DNA of 20,842 nt from a virus, in IMG/VR virus record IMGVR_UViG_3300028627_000407, positions 1 through 20,842 of that record; one strand, 5' to 3'. Position numbers and translations under genes: made by a program. Shown here one piece after another: positions 6,923-16,300 of the stretch. Under the pieces are notes generated by a model. The model was not told where the DNA came from. It saw only the letters and a program-made list of their open reading frames with translations, and did no database searches. Each line of letters opens with the position of its first letter. Position 1 is the stretch's first letter.

Positions 6923-8790
6923 GTAAGATAGATATTAAAAAACCAGAGCTAGTTTGGAAAGGTAAATACGATGATGAAGGTAATTTAAAACCAATTGATA
7001 GACCTGGCCCTTATCCTTTCCAAGTTGTAGAAACTATTAATAGTCCTAGAAAAGGAAAAAAATCAGGAGATAACCTTACCTTGTATGATTTCTACGATGT
7101 TGATGAAGGTGATAGCTTTGAAACTGGTTGGAATAACAAGCTGATCTGGGGAGACAACAAACTAGTGATGTCCTCCCTTCTTGAGAAGTTTGCAGGAAAA
7201 ATAGATTTAATCTATATTGACCCCCCGTTTGCTACAGGTGCTGATTTTAGATTGAAAGTACAGATAGGTGAAGAAGGAGAAGAGGTTGAAAAGGAGCATT
7301 CTATTTTGGAAGAAAAGGCTTATCGAGATACGTGGGGGGAAGGTCTTGAATCTTATCTTAATATGATGTATGAAAGATTATATCTAATCAAAGAGTTATT
7401 ATCTGAAAAAGGTTCAATTTATGTTCATTGTGATTGGCATGTGGGACATTATCTTAAATTAATATTAGACGAAATATTTGGAAAAGATAATTTTAAAAAT
7501 CAAATAATTTGGAGATATGGAAAAATGGCTTCAGCCAAAAATAAATTCTTATCCAATCATGATATAATATTTTTATATTCAAATAATAAAGATTCGGTTT
7601 TTAATTCTCAGTTTATAAAACTAGATACACCTATAAAAAGATTAGGCAGAACAGTTAGAGATGGAAAATTAGTAAATTTAAAAGACAATGAGGGAAATTT
7701 AGTATACATAGAAAAAAATGAAAAAATAATCGATGATGTATGGGGAGATATACCAACAGTAATGTATGCTAATCCTGAATATGCAGGATTTTCTACCCAG
7801 AAACCAGAAGGATTATTGAAAAGAATAATACTAACTTCATCAAATGAAGGGGATTTAGTTGCAGATTTTTTTGTTGGCTCTGGTACAACTTTGATTGTTG
7901 CAGAAAAATTGAGGAGAAGATGGATTGGAACAGATCTATCTAGATATGCAGTTCATACTACTCGAAAGAGAATATTAGAAATTCAAAATTCTAAAGATTT
8001 AACAAATGAACAAAAACTATATGATAAGAAAGCTAATCCGTTTGAAATTCTAAATCTAGGTAAATATGAAAGACAATACTGGAAGAGTACTACCTTCAAT
8101 CCAAAAGATTCAATCCAAGCTTATTATGAATACATTTCATTTATTTTAAAATTATACGGTGCAGAGCCTCTAAGTGGATCACAATTTATTCATGGTAAAA
8201 AATCTAACGCCTTAGTTTATGTTGGGTCTATAGATACTCCTGTCACTATAAATGAAATAGCCAACGCAATCTCTGAGACAAAAAAAATGAGGCAAAAAGA
8301 GCTTCACGTTTTAGGTTGGGAATGGGAAATGGGGCTAAACGATGCGATAGACCAAATAGCAAAAAGAGAAAACATTAGTCTAAAACTTTGGATTATACCT
8401 AACGAGGTTTTGGAAAAACAGGCTATTGATAGGGGAGACATAAGATTCTTTGAATTAGCCTATTTCAAACCTGAAATTATTACTTCTGGAAAAGAGGTCA
8501 TAATCGAACTAAAGGATTTTGTTATTCCTCATACTGACTTAATATCTAAAGAAGTAAGAGAAAAAATCAAAAAATGGACTGATTGGATCGATTACTGGGC
8601 AATTGATTTTAATTTTCAAAATGATACTTTTGTTAATAGTTGGGCATCGTATAGAACCAAAAAAGATAGAACTCTGTCCCTTAAGGCCACCTACAAATAT
8701 AAAGAACCTGGGAAATACAAAGTTTTTATTAAAGTAATTGATATCTTTGGAATAGATACCTCTCAAATATATGAGGTGACAATAAAATGA
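6919..8790 (+). CDS. mod: Type III-like R-M methyltransferase (Mod), beta-class amino-MTase with C-terminal extension
   Basis: Catalytic DPPF precedes the SAM motif DFFVGSGTT (beta order); TQKPEGLL motif. ATGA overlaps with the helicase stop and the res start. Confidence 0.9.
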   Translation: MSKIDIKKPELVWKGKYDDEGNLKPIDRPGPYPFQVVETINSPRKGKKSGDNLTLYDFYDVDEGDSFETGWNNKLIWGDNKLVMSSLLEKFAGKIDLIYIDPPFATGADFRLKVQIGEEGEEVEKEHSILEEKAYRDTWGEGLESYLNMMYERLYLIKELLSEKGSIYVHCDWHVGHYLKLILDEIFGKDNFKNQIIWRYGKMASAKNKFLSNHDIIFLYSNNKDSVFNSQFIKLDTPIKRLGRTVRDGKLVNLKDNEGNLVYIEKNEKIIDDVWGDIPTVMYANPEYAGFSTQKPEGLLKRIILTSSNEGDLVADFFVGSGTTLIVAEKLRRRWIGTDLSRYAVHTTRKRILEIQNSKDLTNEQKLYDKKANPFEILNLGKYERQYWKSTTFNPKDSIQAYYEYISFILKLYGAEPLSGSQFIHGKKSNALVYVGSIDTPVTINEIANAISETKKMRQKELHVLGWEWEMGLNDAIDQIAKRENISLKLWIIPNEVLEKQAIDRGDIRFFELAYFKPEIITSGKEVIIELKDFVIPHTDLISKEVREKIKKWTDWIDYWAIDFNFQNDTFVNSWASYRTKKDRTLSLKATYKYKEPGKYKVFIKVIDIFGIDTSQIYEVTIK

Positions 8791-11516
8791 GCGAAGTACC
8801 TCAAAGCATAGTTCATTATGATAATAATATTCCGCTCATTGAGGGGCGAGACCCTACTAAACCGCCTGATTGCCATATTGTAAAGGATTTACCGGGCCAT
8901 TACAAGATAGTAAAGGGTAGACGTAAAAGTTCTACTTTCCTCACAAATAGTATAAGAAAACAGGTAAGCAAGTGGGTAAATGATGGATACCCGGGAGTAA
9001 CAGAGACTACCAAAGAATTATTAACCTTCTGGTTTGAAAGCGACCACATAATCAAAGGTAGACAGTTTAATTTTTGGTTCTGCCAAAGAGAAGCGATTGA
9101 AACATTAATATATTTATTTGAGGTAAAAAAATTCAATGATTTTGAACAAGTTATACATGAATTTGCTCAAAAAGAGATAACTGGAATCCTGGGAAGTTCT
9201 GTAGAAGTTATAAAAAAAATAGGTGGGAGTAGAGACGTCATCCGGTACTTTCCAGAATTAAAACAAATGGGAAATCAAGAAATTCCAGAAGAAGGATTGC
9301 TAAAATATGCATTTAAGATGGCTACAGGCTCGGGTAAAACAATAGTTATGGCCTTAATCATTGTTTGGTCATATTTTAATAATATTAAGGAAAAGGATAC
9401 ACGCTACAGCAACAATTTCTTAATAGTTCCCCCAAACGTAATAGTTTATGAAAGGTTAGCAAGGGATTTTAGAGATAATAAACTCTTTTATGATTTTCCA
9501 TTTATTCCCTCCCCTTGGAAATCATTATGGAATTTAAAGGTTACATTAAGAGACGACGATTCTCCTTTGGCGCCCTCCAGTAATATAATATTGGCAAATA
9601 TCCAGCAGTTATACGAATCAAGAGTTGATGGATGGACTCCAGCGAACATTGCAGAAGCTATATTAGGAAGATCTCCACAAAAGAATTTAACAAAATCTCC
9701 TGTTATGCTCTTAGACAGAATAAAGGATCTCACAAATATCTTAGTTATTAATGATGAAGCGCATCATGTTCATGACACAGAATTAAAGTGGCACGAAACT
9801 CTTATTTCCATCCATAGATCCTTACCAAAGGGAATTACTCTCTGGCTTGATTTTTCTGCTACACCTAAGACCCAAACTGGTGTTTATTACGCTTGGACAA
9901 TAGTTGATTATCCATTGGCCCAAGCTGTAGAGGATAGAATAGTAAAAGCCCCAATAATTGTTCACCGTGTCAATAAAAAAGATCCTATTGAAGTGAGTCA
10001 AGACAATGTCATTGAAAAATATGGAGAATGGTTACTATCATCTATTCACAGATGGAAAGTGCACTATGATTCTTATTTAGGCATGAAAAAAAAGCCGATT
10101 CTATTTATAATGTCTGAAAAATCTGTGTATGCGGATAAGATTGCAGAGTTTATTCAAAATGATAAATCAATATATGATTTCTCAAAGGATGAAATATTAG
10201 TTATTCATACAGATACATCGGGAGATATTAAAAAATCAGATTTAGAACAATTACGACGAGTTGCAAGAGATGTCGATAATCCTACAAGTAAAATAAAAGT
10301 TATTTCGAGTGTTTTAATGCTAAGAGAAGGTTGGGATGTTCAAAACGTTACTGTATGTCTTGGATTACGACCCTATACAGCGCAGGCAAAAATTCTTCCA
10401 GAGCAAACTATTGGAAGGGGCCTTAGAATAATGGGTGGAATAACGCCAGACTATATACAAACACTTGAAGTAATGGGAACAAACGAATTTGAAAGTTTTG
10501 TCAGGAATGAGTTAGAGCAAGAGGGCGTAAACATAGAAACAGTCCATACCCCACCACCTCAGGGTGTAACAATATCTGTAGAGTTATCACGCCTTAAGTA
10601 TGATGTAGAAATTCCACAAATAGGCCTAAGATACAAAAGAAATTATAAGAAATTGTCTGAGATTAATATTAACTCAATTCCAAACATATTCACTTCTGAT
10701 ATTCTAAAAGAGGAGTGGAAATCGACATTAAGAATGGAATTTGCTACAACGGGCACCGATATCCATAAAGAAGACATTGAACACACGGCAGGTTATGAAA
10801 TTAGAGAAAAAATATCCTACATTGTGAACAACGTTATGAAAAAAGCCGGCCTCACTTGCCAGTTTTATGAAATATGTCCTATTGTAGAGGAGTATATCTT
10901 AATTAAATGCTTTGATACAAAGATTGATAGTATTGATTCAATTTGTATTAAAAAGTCGCTAAGTAGGATAGATGTATTAGAAGGAATCATCTCTGTTCTT
11001 GCCCAACATATTGGTGAATTAACCGCAGAAAAGACAGATGTACTTATTTTGCAAAAACCAATTAAACTCTCTGAAACAGAAGTTAGCCCGTGGAATAGAA
11101 AACATGTAAGACTTGATAAAACTATTTTCAATTATGTAGCTGTTTATAATAACTTTGAGGAAGAGTTTGCAACATTCCTTGATAGAAGATTTCTGGACAT
11201 AGAGAGATTTGCTTCACTGGCAACCACAATTTTTAAAATTGATTATCTTAGTTCAAAAGGCGCCACTAGATTTTATCACCCGGACTTCGTTGCCGTGCAA
11301 AATATTGGTGATAAAAAGAAATATTGGATCATAGAAACTAAGGGAAGAGAGTATGAGGATGTCGATAGAAAAGACGAGGCCATAATAAGATGGTGTCAAG
11401 AAGTATCAGAACAAATGGGGCAGTCTTGGAATTACTTAAAAGTTCCACAAGTTAAGTTTGATTACATTAAGGATAGAATTACTAGTTTTGAAAATTTAGT
11501 TAGAAGATTAAGTTGA
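8787..11516 (+). CDS. res: Type III-like restriction subunit (Res): SF2 helicase/ATPase plus C-terminal PD-(D/E)XK endonuclease
   Basis: MATGSGKT, NDEAHH, FSATP, MLREGWDV and EQTIGRGLR; C-terminal YHPDF...IIETKG. Confidence 0.9.
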   Translation: MSEVPQSIVHYDNNIPLIEGRDPTKPPDCHIVKDLPGHYKIVKGRRKSSTFLTNSIRKQVSKWVNDGYPGVTETTKELLTFWFESDHIIKGRQFNFWFCQREAIETLIYLFEVKKFNDFEQVIHEFAQKEITGILGSSVEVIKKIGGSRDVIRYFPELKQMGNQEIPEEGLLKYAFKMATGSGKTIVMALIIVWSYFNNIKEKDTRYSNNFLIVPPNVIVYERLARDFRDNKLFYDFPFIPSPWKSLWNLKVTLRDDDSPLAPSSNIILANIQQLYESRVDGWTPANIAEAILGRSPQKNLTKSPVMLLDRIKDLTNILVINDEAHHVHDTELKWHETLISIHRSLPKGITLWLDFSATPKTQTGVYYAWTIVDYPLAQAVEDRIVKAPIIVHRVNKKDPIEVSQDNVIEKYGEWLLSSIHRWKVHYDSYLGMKKKPILFIMSEKSVYADKIAEFIQNDKSIYDFSKDEILVIHTDTSGDIKKSDLEQLRRVARDVDNPTSKIKVISSVLMLREGWDVQNVTVCLGLRPYTAQAKILPEQTIGRGLRIMGGITPDYIQTLEVMGTNEFESFVRNELEQEGVNIETVHTPPPQGVTISVELSRLKYDVEIPQIGLRYKRNYKKLSEININSIPNIFTSDILKEEWKSTLRMEFATTGTDIHKEDIEHTAGYEIREKISYIVNNVMKKAGLTCQFYEICPIVEEYILIKCFDTKIDSIDSICIKKSLSRIDVLEGIISVLAQHIGELTAEKTDVLILQKPIKLSETEVSPWNRKHVRLDKTIFNYVAVYNNFEEEFATFLDRRFLDIERFASLATTIFKIDYLSSKGATRFYHPDFVAVQNIGDKKKYWIIETKGREYEDVDRKDEAIIRWCQEVSEQMGQSWNYLKVPQVKFDYIKDRITSFENLVRRLS

Positions 11517-11628
11517 TTTATATATCCCAATAATTTTCATTTTATTAATAAAACTTTTAAGATACTCCATTTAATTATTATATTCGCAATAGAGTTATAA
11601 AAATATATAAAAAGTTAGGTATGGTAAA

Positions 11629-12063
11629 TTGACAAATTATTGGCTTATGATTACGGACCAAGAAAATTGGCTGGTTATAAAAGAGCATGAAATATATGCT
11701 ACTAATACTAAAAAAATATTTGAAAATCTTAAAATATATGATAAAATAGTAATGTATTTAATTCCTAAACAAATTTGTGGCATATTTGTAATATCAGATT
11801 TATATCCAAAAAAGATTACTACTTTCTCCAATAAAGAGTATAAGTATTATTTCAATATATCCCCTGAAATTATAATAGAACCCCCGATGAAGATACGTAA
11901 AAGGGAGAAATCAGAGTTAATTGATAAAATATCTATTTTTAAAAATGCTTTACATTGGGGAGGAGTAATAATGGGTAAGTCAATCTTAACTATCTCAAAA
12001 GAAGATTATTTATTGATTGAGTCAAAATTATTAAAATTAAAAAATCTTAAACTTAAAAAATAA
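11629..12063 (+). CDS. Stand-alone EVE-domain (PUA-like) protein
   Basis: NYWLMIT..ENW....E..IYA...KK.F..LK..DKIVMYL....ICGIF.I is the EVE pattern. TTG start; an out-of-frame ATG at 11621 makes the true start uncertain. Confidence 0.8.
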   Translation: MTNYWLMITDQENWLVIKEHEIYATNTKKIFENLKIYDKIVMYLIPKQICGIFVISDLYPKKITTFSNKEYKYYFNISPEIIIEPPMKIRKREKSELIDKISIFKNALHWGGVIMGKSILTISKEDYLLIESKLLKLKNLKLKK

Positions 12064-12082
12064 TCTAATATATTAAATTTAA

Positions 12083-12229
12083 TTACCAAATAACCCTATC
12101 TCTCTTTCTTTTGCACTTCTTACAAACTAAAAACGTCTTCTCTGTCTTTGGATCAAAACAATAGCGGGCATACATCTCAATCGGCCTTGCCATGACTACC
12201 CCGCACCTAGCACAGTGATATTCCCTCAT
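12083..12229 (-). CDS. 48-aa zinc-finger protein, last gene of the tail operon
   Basis: MREYHCARCGVV...LVCKKCKRKR has two CxxC pairs. ATG 12229 overlaps the upstream TGA as ATGA, so the longer 12322 start is unlikely. Confidence 0.7.
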   Translation of the reverse strand: MREYHCARCGVVMARPIEMYARYCFDPKTEKTFLVCKKCKRKRDRVIW

Positions 12230-12894
12230 GCTTTCATGATCCACGCAACTTCGTAGTACTTTGGCCTTATATCTATCGTAAATCCTGCCACCCTTGTAGT
12301 TGTATCCCCTGCAAAAGTCCAAGATCCAGCTACAGTCTTTGTGTGGCTACCTCCAGTTGCACCAGGATTTGTTGAAGATGTTGTGATCCCCTGCAAGAAT
12401 CGGTCAATAAGATTAGGCGTCCCGTTGTTTCCATCACAAAGAAGCCATCCTGAGGGGATGCTTGTCAAAACTCCACTCCACGCAACAATAACTCCAGGTG
12501 GCACAAATGAGGGTAATCCTGAAATAACATTAGTTATTGAAGAGATTGAACTTGCCCCTGCGACAACCGTTGCAATCAGCATCGCATCGTCTGGCAAAGT
12601 TGCGGAAGTTGAGATTGTGAGCCAGTTGGCCCCGTTGTCAGAATGCAGATAAACATAGTTTGTGCTATTTGCAGTTGCTGTCAAAGATTCGGAGGCATCT
12701 GAAACAACTTGGAACATGCCTCCGGCCGCATCTTTTACATATGCAGCCCCAGCCGCAACGCTAATAGTAAGGCCACTGGCAACTGAAACTGTAAAGCCTG
12801 TCTTTTTACCTTCAGGAAAAAAATCCCCGAAGTATTGCCTGAAATCAGCTGAGGTGATCTTGGTCCCAGCTGATACTTTTTTTGTAAATGTCAT
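12226..12894 (-). CDS. Tail fibre protein with a phage tail-collar domain
   Basis: VPPGVIVAWSG...IPSGWLLCDGNNGTPNLIDRF...GATGG...RPKYYEVAWIMK is the tail-collar signature. GAGGT SD upstream. Confidence 0.88.
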   Translation of the reverse strand: MTFTKKVSAGTKITSADFRQYFGDFFPEGKKTGFTVSVASGLTISVAAGAAYVKDAAGGMFQVVSDASESLTATANSTNYVYLHSDNGANWLTISTSATLPDDAMLIATVVAGASSISSITNVISGLPSFVPPGVIVAWSGVLTSIPSGWLLCDGNNGTPNLIDRFLQGITTSSTNPGATGGSHTKTVAGSWTFAGDTTTRVAGFTIDIRPKYYEVAWIMKA

Positions 12895-12904
12895 GATTAT
12901 ACCT

Positions 12905-13393
12905 CTAAAATTCTATCACATAATAAATAGTCATTGTTTTTGTGTTGCTGAAAGTTTTAGTTGGAGAGATAAGCGAATGGGTGAGAAGATCTGTTTGATT
13001 GGCAGCATAAAGCCCAAGCTCCGCCCACGTACCATAATAATCAGCTTCCGTGTAATCAAAATAATACGTTGCCTCGGATTTGTTTGAATATGTGTTGTTA
13101 TGCAAGCTCCCTGGAACATAAGATTTTAATGATCCTAATTGTGTAGTTAGGGCCAAATCAGTTCCTGCTGGTGTAGTGCTGCCAGTGCCTATCGCCAGCT
13201 TGCCAATCACATGTTTGTTAGCGTCATAGTCTCCAGTTAGCACATCTGCAAGTGCAGCTTTTAGTTTGTTTGTGATCAGATTCTTTTGCCATGAACCCCT
13301 TATGATCTTGTCTCTTTCAAAATCGTATTCTTCGATCTTGAATTTTCCCAGGTACGGATTTTTATCACCCCTCACCAGTTCTATTATGTCCAT
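12905..13393 (-). CDS. Tail-fibre-base/baseplate-associated protein (DUF3751-like), paralogue of 17981-18361
   Basis: NLITN...LAIGTGST.P..TD.AL...AELGLY...K motif set. Start moved to ATG 13393 (GGATGTGA SD-like), overlapping the end of the hub gene. Confidence 0.65.
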   Translation of the reverse strand: MDIIELVRGDKNPYLGKFKIEEYDFERDKIIRGSWQKNLITNKLKAALADVLTGDYDANKHVIGKLAIGTGSTTPAGTDLALTTQLGSLKSYVPGSLHNNTYSNKSEATYYFDYTEADYYGTWAELGLYAANQTDLLTHSLISPTKTFSNTKTMTIYYVIEF

Positions 13394-16300
13394 TTGCTCA
13401 CATCCCATCTCGCTTCGTTGTCATCATATTCGGCCTCATAATCTGCTGCCGCCTCATAAATATTTTCTGATAATGCGATCGTAGGTGTTTCAGTTGCCTC
13501 TTTATAATCTGTTGTCTGCTCCTGTGATTCTAAGATGTTTTTCACTTTCAGCCGTCTAAGCTCGGAAAACAAGTTAGCAAATGCAGAGTAAAAGTCGTCT
13601 GCAGCGGTGCATGTCAAGGTGACTGTTGAAATTTCCCTTTCTCTTATCTCGTAAGTCACTGATAGTATTGTTTGGTCTTCAAGTGACGGCATTTCAGGAA
13701 GGGTTGTAAACTCGATTACTTGCCCGGCCTTCAATCTTTTTCCCGGCGGATTTATCACAATTCTTGATGCATTTTTCAAGGCGTATTCAATTGCCTTTTG
13801 CTGCGCTAAAGTCATTGCAGTGTCTGCCTCCTGGATAGTCAGATCTATAATCGGTATATCGGTGTGGTACTCAAACATCATTGTTTCTGTCGTGGCGCTT
13901 TTTACTATCTGCACCCCATAATAAGTCTTGAAAGCCAGCTTTCCAGTTGCTGCAGTCCAAGATCCAGCAAGAGTTTTGTATTTATGTCCGCTTGCCGTTG
14001 TGTTATTATGCACAACTTTGTAAGTGTCTGTTGCCGTGCCCATTATATTGAAAACGATCCAGTTTGTTTTTGATATGTCAAGCTGAGAATCGATTAATGT
14101 TGTTTTCACCCATCCACCTTCAGTTGAGATATCTTCCTGAGGGATTGATCCAAAGCCAACAATGCTCCCTGTTGGGTTTCCACCATTATCTTCAATTATT
14201 GTGAAGATCAGATCATCAAGGGGATTGCCCACTTTTTTGACATAAACGTCCAGGAACAGAATATTTGATTTTGATGGCGTAAACGTTGAAGCATATGATT
14301 TGTCGTGCAGAGACACTTCAATCGTTGTTGTGGTCTGGCTGAAGTCCAGAAAACCTTGTTTGCCGCCAACAACATAGATCCTGTCAAAGTATTTCATTGC
14401 ATCCCGTTTAATCTTTGCACTTAGTATTTCAGTGCTAGATATTGAGTGATCTGCGGATAGATCTGCAGCATCATAAAAGTGAAGGTCGTCGTTTTCATCA
14501 ATGTAAAAATCAGCGCCCACAAGACTAGAAACTTTATCAATCGCCTGGCCAACATATTCCCATGCAAATGTCATTGAGGGTATTGCTTCAGCAAAAGTTT
14601 CAAGATTAGTTGTTGTTATCTCAGGGCAGTATCTAGCCAAAATATCTGAAACAATTTCATCGGCAGTTTTGTTGTTGTATGTTTCTGCCCCAGATATAGT
14701 CGTTTGCCCAGTCCTGATTGAGCCATAATCTTCCCCTGAAAGTAGAATCTTATTGCTCCTGTATTGATCCAGTTCAAACTCAACTGAAGTGATAAGGCCG
14801 TGGAAGATCTTTGTAGAGGGAGGATCATTCTCATCAACATAGAAGAATACTTCATTTCCTACTTCAAATGTTTCTGATAGGGACCCATCATCATTGTATA
14901 AGCTTATTTCAAAATAATCCGATCTTTTTCCTTTCTCATCTGTGAATCTTGCATACTCAATTTTATCCAAGGCGGTAAGATCTATCTCAATATCGCCAGG
15001 TTGCTCTACAATTATGGTCCAAAATAGAGGAGTTGCTCCAGTGGTTTCACTGTTTATTGATAAGGCCCCATAAGAATTATAATCGATCTGCTCAACATCG
15101 ATAAACTGAAATGCCCCAGAAGATCCAAATGGGATTATCTCAATATCGGTGTCAAAGTCCTGGATAATTATGGAGCTAGAAGAATCTATCTCTATTAGTG
15201 CATGATAAGTAGTTGCAACAGCAATCTCCATTGTGCCAGCACCTGTGGCTTCATTTTTCCCAACAAATGAAGCACTCAATTGGATATCTACTTCTGCGTT
15301 AGAGGCTATTGATTCGCTTAGGATGTATGCGGTGATACTGTTAAAAGTAAGATCCCCTAATCCAATGATGTTCAAGGTATTCTTGAAGTCTGTTATTATT
15401 TCAGCAGTGATCGATCCTGCTCCGGTAAGCTCTACCAAATCGGTGTCAGAATCAATGTCCTGGAGCAGAAGGGATCCATTTGCAGTGTATGAGGTGCCAA
15501 CAATATAATTTGTGTTAGCTACTAACTCTAGAACGCCAGCCCCGAGGATTATAATGTCAAGAGGTGCCCAAAAAGAGTAAACGTTTGTCGAAGCTTTTGA
15601 AATATACTCTATTGACTCCATGTCCTGTATCTGGATTGATCCTACCCCAGTGAAAAGGATCAATTCAATATCATAATCAATATCCTGTATTGTAACTGAA
15701 GAAGCTGCTGTCAAAACGGAGCTGTAAGTATACTCTGCAGTTGTGCTTATCTCTATTGAAGCAAAGGAAGTTATTTCAAGAAGATCATACTTATTCATGT
15801 GTTTTATGAGGTTGACAAAAGACAGCCCAGTTGTTGTTATATTTGAAACATAATTCCCTGTTGCAGATATTGTTACCTTTGCATTGCTTTGATATTCTAT
15901 TAAAGTTGTGGACCCAGAATATTCTTGTAGCTCAAATGATCCAGCGCCCCCAAATGAGACATCAACTACTTTTCCTATTATTGCATCTATCTCAAAAGTC
16001 GATGCACCGATGATGTTTGAAATACTGGCAAGTTGCCTATACCCTAGAGCTTCTGTTGTGCCGGCCCCATCAAAAGACACAGATATGGCCATGCTTGAAA
16101 TCCCAGAGACTACAAATGATCCATAACCTGAAAAGGTTATAATTTCAATGTCAGAGTCGATATCCTGGGAAATGACTGCACCCAGGCTAATGTAATTTAT
16201 GTTGCAAACATAATCTATAACTGTAGCAACTTCAATTGCCGCATAGCTCAGATAAGTGATAGTCTGCTTATATGAAAATGCCGCTGAAGCTGTTATGGCC

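Noticed and set aside
7221-8287. C6 (7221), G6 (7334) and A8 (8280) runs in mod as phase-variation tracts
   Set aside because: They are short, encode ordinary residues (DPP, WG, KK) and leave the gene in frame; no long simple repeat typical of phase-variable mod genes.
11550-12083. AT-only palindromes (11550-11563, 12072-12083; also 1924-1935)
   Set aside because: Expected by chance in sequence this AT-rich.
1831-12100. att sites or target-site duplication at the island edges
   Set aside because: Only weak similarity (TCTAACTAAC vs TAATCTAAT); no convincing direct repeat and no recombinase gene.
12230-12322. Longer start of the Zn-finger ORF
   Set aside because: It lies within the collar-fibre gene; the ATGA-coupled start at 12229 is more plausible.
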